A stretch of DNA of 64,000 nt from Candidatus Doudnabacteria bacterium (lineage in GTDB: Bacteria; Patescibacteriota; Doudnabacteria; UBA920; O2-02-FULL-48-8): the NCBI GenBank assembly GCA_037200925.1, contig JBBCGO010000001.1, positions 601,607-665,606 of the forward strand. Reading direction: 5' to 3'. Positions 59,546-64,000 of the stretch are shown here, piece by piece. The position numbers and the translations under genes are program-made. The notes under the pieces are model-generated. The model was not told where the DNA came from, searched no databases, and was given only the letters and a program-made list of their open reading frames with translations. Numbering within the stretch: position 1 is the stretch's first letter; each line of letters begins with the position of its first letter.

Positions 59546-59619
59546 TGGTGGACTTAGGCAGAATCGAACTGCCGCTTCCACAATGCGAATGTGGCGTCAT
59601 ACCACTAGACCATAAGCCC
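59546..59619 (-). tRNA. tRNA-Ala(CGC)
   Basis: Reverse complement GGGCTTA.../TAAGTCC-A-CCA with G3:U70, loop TTCGCAT. Confidence 0.93.
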
Positions 59620-59624
59620 ATGAA

Positions 59625-59807
59625 TTAAAATTTCAGCAAGTGGGAGAAAAACGCGTCAACGCGGCCGGTCGAACGATTGAAAAAATATAAACCGAGCAAA
59701 AGGGCCAGGAAGATCAGGTTCATCGTTACGACAAAGATCAGGTCCCGGCGCACTTGGCGATATTCTTCTTCCTCATTTCTTACTAAAACAGGATTATTTT
59801 TTATCAT
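59625..59807 (-). CDS. small membrane protein
   Basis: EY..VRRDL followed by a single TM. Confidence 0.55.
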   Translation of the reverse strand: MIKNNPVLVRNEEEEYRQVRRDLIFVVTMNLIFLALLLGLYFFNRSTGRVDAFFSHLLKF

Positions 59808-59881
59808 AAAAGTAGCTTGATTATATAGGTAATCGATAATTTTCTCAACCCTCAATATCGCGCATTTATTTTGATCAAATT

Positions 59882-60103
59882 TTACAAACCGTTGATGGTC
59901 CGCTCAATGCGGGCTTGCGCTTCGCGCAGGTCCTGCTTGAGTTTGTTGCGCTCATCCTGTTCGCCTTGCAAACTCTCAGGCGGAGAATCATAGTGGCGGT
60001 CTATCGTGTCTTTTATGATTCCCAGGACATCATCGCGCATGTTTTGCAAATATTTCATTGCTTCCAAATGTTTATCCTTGGCTTCTTGTATTTCATCTGC
60101 CAT
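59882..60103 (-). CDS. hypothetical helical protein
   Basis: 73-aa ORF immediately downstream of murE. Confidence 0.55.
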   Translation of the reverse strand: MADEIQEAKDKHLEAMKYLQNMRDDVLGIIKDTIDRHYDSPPESLQGEQDERNKLKQDLREAQARIERTINGL

Positions 60104-60116
60104 AAATTTTTGTTAA

Positions 60117-61421
60117 TTATTTTTTAATTGATTTTTTTAGCTCTTCTCTTGCCACTTCTCTGTCGTCCCAGGGAATATAACCGTTTTTGACAGCCATTGT
60201 TTGCTCAGCCCCCTTGCCCGTGATGAGTACCAGATCATTTTGACCGGCGAGACTGAACGCTTTGGCGATCGCTTCCCGCCTGTCTGTAATTTTGAAAAGA
60301 TCTTCATTCAGTTTTTTTCCTTTTTCAATGCAGCCTGTTGCGACTTCATTAATAATTTTTTCGGGATTTTCGTCATAAGGATCATCCGTGGTCAGAATAA
60401 CCATGTCAGCACCGGCTGCCAGTCTGCCAAGAATCGGCCGGCGGGCTTTGTCCCGTCCTCCGCCTGTTCCACCCAGGACGTGAATGATTTTTCCATGCGC
60501 CCAGTTGTTAATCGTAGCATAAAGCTGGCGAAGAGCTTCCGGTTCATAAGCGTAATCAACCAGGACGCGGAAATTTTGGCCTTCATCTATCAGTTCCACC
60601 CGGCCGGGAATGTTCGGGATCTTTTCCAGCGCTTTTTTTGCAACAGTTATATCCACGTCAGAGCCGATCGCTGTAGCAATTGCCGCTAAGGCATTATAGA
60701 AGTCAAAAACTCCTTTTAAGTGAAGGCTAAAATCAGTATCCCATGCCTTAAATCTTATCCCCTGCTCTGAAGCTGACAAATCCGTGCCTCTGACTCGGGC
60801 TGTCGGATTTTTTCCATAGGTAATAATTTTATCAACCTTGAAATTCGTAAATTCCGCCTCGTATCGGTCATCCGCGTTGATAACTATCCCCTTCGGAATT
60901 TTTTCTTCGTTGATGATTTTGTAAGGCGACCTTTCCAGATGCCGAAAATATTCCAGCTTCGCGTTTTTGTAATTTTCAAATCCCTTATGAGCTTCGATAT
61001 GCTCCGGCGTCAGGTTCGTGAACACCATGGCGTCATAGTGTATGCCGATATGGCGGTGTTGCATGATGCCTTCGGATGAAGATTCAATGATCGCAAACCG
61101 GCAGCCGGCTTTTACCCCGTCTGATAAAAGTTTTTGCAAAAAAAATCTTCCCGGCATGGTGATCTTTTTTGGGTTTAACCATTCTCTGTCCGCAATTTTG
61201 AGGCTCACGGTTGATGATACGGCCGTTTTGAACCCGGCTTCTTCCAGAATTTTGGATATCAAATTGGCAGTGGTTGATTTGCCGTTCGTGCCGGTCACTC
61301 CGATAACGATCAATTTTTCCGAAGGCCGGCCGTAAATAAAATTCGCCAGATGTGCGAGCGACAAATGATACCAGTTCAGCAAAAAGTCCGGAGTAAATTT
61401 TTTAATCAGGTTTTTGAGCAT
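60117..61421 (-). CDS. murE: UDP-N-acetylmuramoyl-tripeptide synthetase (MurE-like)
   Basis: IGVTGTNGKST, ESSSEG, FTNLTPEHIE.H, PGRVE, VDYA, GGGRDK..R, ITGKGAE. Confidence 0.92.
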   Translation of the reverse strand: MLKNLIKKFTPDFLLNWYHLSLAHLANFIYGRPSEKLIVIGVTGTNGKSTTANLISKILEEAGFKTAVSSTVSLKIADREWLNPKKITMPGRFFLQKLLSDGVKAGCRFAIIESSSEGIMQHRHIGIHYDAMVFTNLTPEHIEAHKGFENYKNAKLEYFRHLERSPYKIINEEKIPKGIVINADDRYEAEFTNFKVDKIITYGKNPTARVRGTDLSASEQGIRFKAWDTDFSLHLKGVFDFYNALAAIATAIGSDVDITVAKKALEKIPNIPGRVELIDEGQNFRVLVDYAYEPEALRQLYATINNWAHGKIIHVLGGTGGGRDKARRPILGRLAAGADMVILTTDDPYDENPEKIINEVATGCIEKGKKLNEDLFKITDRREAIAKAFSLAGQNDLVLITGKGAEQTMAVKNGYIPWDDREVAREELKKSIKK

Positions 61422-62715
61422 ATATATTCGGCAAAGCGGCAATTAATCCCAATACCGTGAAAAACATCAGCCTCCCCTGCTGTATTGTAACAAAATAATG
61501 ATCGAACAGGCTCATAAATAAAAATAAGATTCCCAGGACCGCAAAAGTAAATGTCAGTGTTTCCCATGAAACATTTTTTAGCCTTGAAAATATTTCAAAC
61601 AGGATCAGAATGAATAATCCCAACCCAAGTATTCCGAGTTCTGCCGCAATAAAGATGAAAATATTATGAGCCGGCTGATATTGCCAGGCATCAAGTTTGT
61701 TTGCGGCTTCCAATGCGGGAATATAGTTCCCCACCCCGACCCCAAACAATGGATGATGGCTGAACAATTCTAAACCCAACCGGTCAAAGAAGGCTCTGTC
61801 AGTAATACTGGCTGAATTAGTATCTGAAACCCGTGCCTTAAGCGTATTTGGCATCAAGATAAGTATCGTTGCACATGAAACAATTACCGGAACAAGAATT
61901 AAGGCCATGAGTTCTCTTCTATTAACTTTGAGGTAATAGAAGAGGAAGCTTATGGTTGCGATCGTTCCCCCAACCCAGGCTAATCTTGAGAAACTAGCGA
62001 ATAGGCCTAACATTATTATAAGTAAGCCCACTGAAATTAGGGATTTTTGTCTCTTTGTTGCATGTGAAACAATAAAAAGACCGGATATCAGCCCAAAAAC
62101 AAGAAAAGCACCTAAAATGTTCGGATGCGGCATAGTTCCATAAGCCCGGATCAGTTTTTGGCTCCCAACTTGGATTGTTGCAAGCCCGGAAGTTCCAAGT
62201 GGGGCAATATATTCTCCCAAAAACCCAAGACCTAGAGAATGTTGCACGTGGAACTGAATTAAACCCAATATGCTTTGAAAGACTGCAGCGAGAAAAGTGA
62301 TCCAAAAAACTGTTAGGAACTGAACCTGAGTTTTTAAGACTTGGGAAACATATAGGATTATCAGAAGTAGTTCAGACCATTTTAAAGCGTTATATAAGCC
62401 TAAATCTAATCGTTTCATATGGAACAAGCTTAGCAAAATTAGGGTAAAAAAGGCTAATATAAGCCATAATAACCCATTTTTTGTAATCTTTGGTTGATCA
62501 AAGAGAAACCAGGCTATGAAACACACGATTAACAGAAGATCTGAAAGATAAACAAACAAAGCCAGATGATAGTTAAAATACCAACCTATATATGCCTGCT
62601 CCGGTTTGTAAAGAATTCTGGTTTGGATAGGAATAAAAAAAAGGAAAACATAGAACAAGAGCTCGTGAATTGGCTTATTTATTGTAGTATTTATAAATTG
62701 TTTCACGTGAAACAT
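61402..62715 (-). CDS. O-antigen ligase family membrane protein carrying parS-like sites
   Basis: RAYGTMPHPNILG, SFSR.AW, GVG.GNY, PAHN......AELG..G, FDHY. Confidence 0.85.
   Translation of the reverse strand: MFHVKQFINTTINKPIHELLFYVFLFFIPIQTRILYKPEQAYIGWYFNYHLALFVYLSDLLLIVCFIAWFLFDQPKITKNGLLWLILAFFTLILLSLFHMKRLDLGLYNALKWSELLLIILYVSQVLKTQVQFLTVFWITFLAAVFQSILGLIQFHVQHSLGLGFLGEYIAPLGTSGLATIQVGSQKLIRAYGTMPHPNILGAFLVFGLISGLFIVSHATKRQKSLISVGLLIIMLGLFASFSRLAWVGGTIATISFLFYYLKVNRRELMALILVPVIVSCATILILMPNTLKARVSDTNSASITDRAFFDRLGLELFSHHPLFGVGVGNYIPALEAANKLDAWQYQPAHNIFIFIAAELGILGLGLFILILFEIFSRLKNVSWETLTFTFAVLGILFLFMSLFDHYFVTIQQGRLMFFTVLGLIAALPNIYAQKPD
61558..62714. promoter_or_regulatory. cluster of six parS-like (ParB-binding) 16-bp palindromes
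   Basis: TGTTTCACGTGAAACA 62699-62714 (perfect); variants at 62411, 62240, 62056, 61867, 61558. Confidence 0.88.
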
Positions 62716-62843
62716 ATATTATTTTGTTGTATATATAAGAATTATACATTTAAAAGAGGATTTGCATGTTATAGATTATTTTTCCTCTTGAAATGCCGGG
62801 CAAGACGTGTTAATAATTAATTACTTTCAATAGAAAGGGGGGA

Positions 62844-63083
62844 TTGGTAGTGGCATCCGATGTAGCTCGCAAGAACAAGCTCATCAAACAGGGTCGTTTG
62901 CTCCGTGATCAGCCGGAAAAAGCCGAGATGACGCTTGGCGAGTGGTTTGCAGAATACGAAATACTCAGTGAAGAAGGAGAATTTTTGGAGGAGCAGGCCG
63001 CAATCGTGAAGAGACTGGCAAGCGTACTTACTTCCGTGCAGCTCGCCCGGCAGTCCAGAGAATCGAACGCAGCATCTGCTTGA
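62844..63083 (+). CDS. hypothetical protein
   Basis: ~79-aa ORF preceded by an AAAGGGGG SD-like sequence. Confidence 0.45.
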   Translation: MVVASDVARKNKLIKQGRLLRDQPEKAEMTLGEWFAEYEILSEEGEFLEEQAAIVKRLASVLTSVQLARQSRESNAASA

Positions 63084-63203
63084 GGTGTCGTCGATGCCCA
63101 CCCGCGTTTTAGAAAAAAGGCTAGTGTTCGTCTTGTGATGCAAAGTTGTTGCCCCCCAGCAGCATACAAACCATCATGACACTAGCCTTTCGTCGCGTCA
63201 GGA

Positions 63204-63300
63204 CGCTCGGGCATTGCAAAAAAAGACGTCCGCTGAAGCGGACTAAGGCTCACCGCATTGGAAAGCGGTTCGCAATTCTTTTTTCTGCAACACCCTCGCT
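63204..63300 (-). repeat. structured non-coding element (module D), copy 2, downstream of tRNA-Pro
   Basis: Reverse complement AGCGAGGGTGTTGCAGAAAAAAGAATT...GTCTTTTTTTGCAATGCCCGAGCG; homolog at 41420-41543. Confidence 0.75.
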
Positions 63301-63342
63301 GAAGGAATAATGGAAAAATAAAAAACGCCTGAGCGTTTTTAT

Positions 63343-63416
63343 TGGTCGGGGTGCTGGGAATTGAACCCAGTCTACACGCACCCGAAGCGTGCGTACTACC
63401 GGTATACGACACCCCG
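63343..63416 (-). tRNA. tRNA-Pro(CGG)
   Basis: Reverse complement CGGGGTG/CACCCCG-A-CCA, loop TTCGGGT. Confidence 0.94.
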
Positions 63417-63451
63417 TTTCATGATGTTTAACAATATACTATACTTTTTGT

Positions 63452-63883
63452 ATGAAAAAGGGAATTGATTTTATCGGAGTCGCAGTAGTTTATTTTTGCC
63501 ATGACGGCAAAGGAAATGTTTTGATGGGAAAAAGAAGCAAGCAGGCACGGGATGAAAATGGCAGATGGGATATCGGCGGCGGGGGCGTGGAGTTTGGTGA
63601 AACAGTTGAAGGCACTTTGAAAAAAGAGATCAAGGAAGAATACAGTGCCGATGTTCTAAGTTTTGAATTTTTGGGGTTTCGCGATGTGCACCGAGCGCAT
63701 GATGGGCAAAAAACGCATTGGCTTGCGCTTGATTATAAAGTTTTGATAAATCCTTTGAATGTAAAAATAGGAGAGCCGCATAAGTTTGACGACCTGAAAT
63801 GGTTTACGCTGGAAAATTTGCCTGAACCCGTGCACTCCCAATTTCCTGAGTTCCTTGAAAAATACAAAGAAAAGTTGAAATAA
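63452..63883 (+). CDS. NUDIX hydrolase
   Basis: W..GGG.VEFGE......KEIKEE Nudix box, EPHKFD...WF. Confidence 0.88.
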   Translation: MKKGIDFIGVAVVYFCHDGKGNVLMGKRSKQARDENGRWDIGGGGVEFGETVEGTLKKEIKEEYSADVLSFEFLGFRDVHRAHDGQKTHWLALDYKVLINPLNVKIGEPHKFDDLKWFTLENLPEPVHSQFPEFLEKYKEKLK

Positions 63884-64000
63884 AAAACCGCAGGAGATTA
63901 GTCGTGCGGCGGCTTCTTAAAAGCCTTGATCCTGTGTCTAGCTGAATTTATACCTGCCCTACTTTATGGCTGTGGCGATGTTTTTCGAGGATCGTTTCCA

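Noticed and set aside
1-64000. Alternative genetic code (TGA=Gly as in Gracilibacteria/Absconditabacteria)
   Set aside because: TGA ends conserved genes at the expected positions (tsaB, ruvA, dnaA), and gene breaks are frameshifts rather than in-frame stops.

Overview
Origin-proximal 64 kb of a small, reduced bacterial genome. It looks like Patescibacteria/CPR, possibly Doudnabacteria-like; this is an inference from gene content (short TsaB, PolA without a 3'-5' exonuclease domain, PilB/GspE, class F sortases, apparently leaderless genes) and no database search was run. About 1-36 kb is housekeeping: tsaB, ruvA/B/C, uvrB, rpsT, polA, tsaE, recF-dnaN-dnaA/oriC, rpmH-rnpA-yidD-yidC-jag, PBP1A, tyrS, gyrA and rpsA. 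About ten genes there are broken by single-base indels, mostly in homopolymer runs, most likely long-read errors. About 37-57 kb, between two tRNA clusters, is accessory. It encodes a soluble histidine kinase with a ~370-aa heptad tandem-repeat coiled coil, and a 12-kb surface-protein locus. That locus has two class F sortases, four DUF11-like/Ig repeat proteins (three with [LF]Px[TA]G motifs), two DUF3494 ice-binding-like proteins and a PAS/kinase/response-regulator set. The kinase's membrane sensor module is a mosaic of pieces of the neighbouring sortase and sortase-substrate genes and carries FPLTG/LPQTA motifs. There are eight tRNAs, several flanked by unrecognised, covarying structured repeat elements (5' leaders and 3' hairpins that duplicate the tRNA 3' end). 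Six parS-like palindromes sit inside one O-antigen-ligase-family gene near 62 kb.
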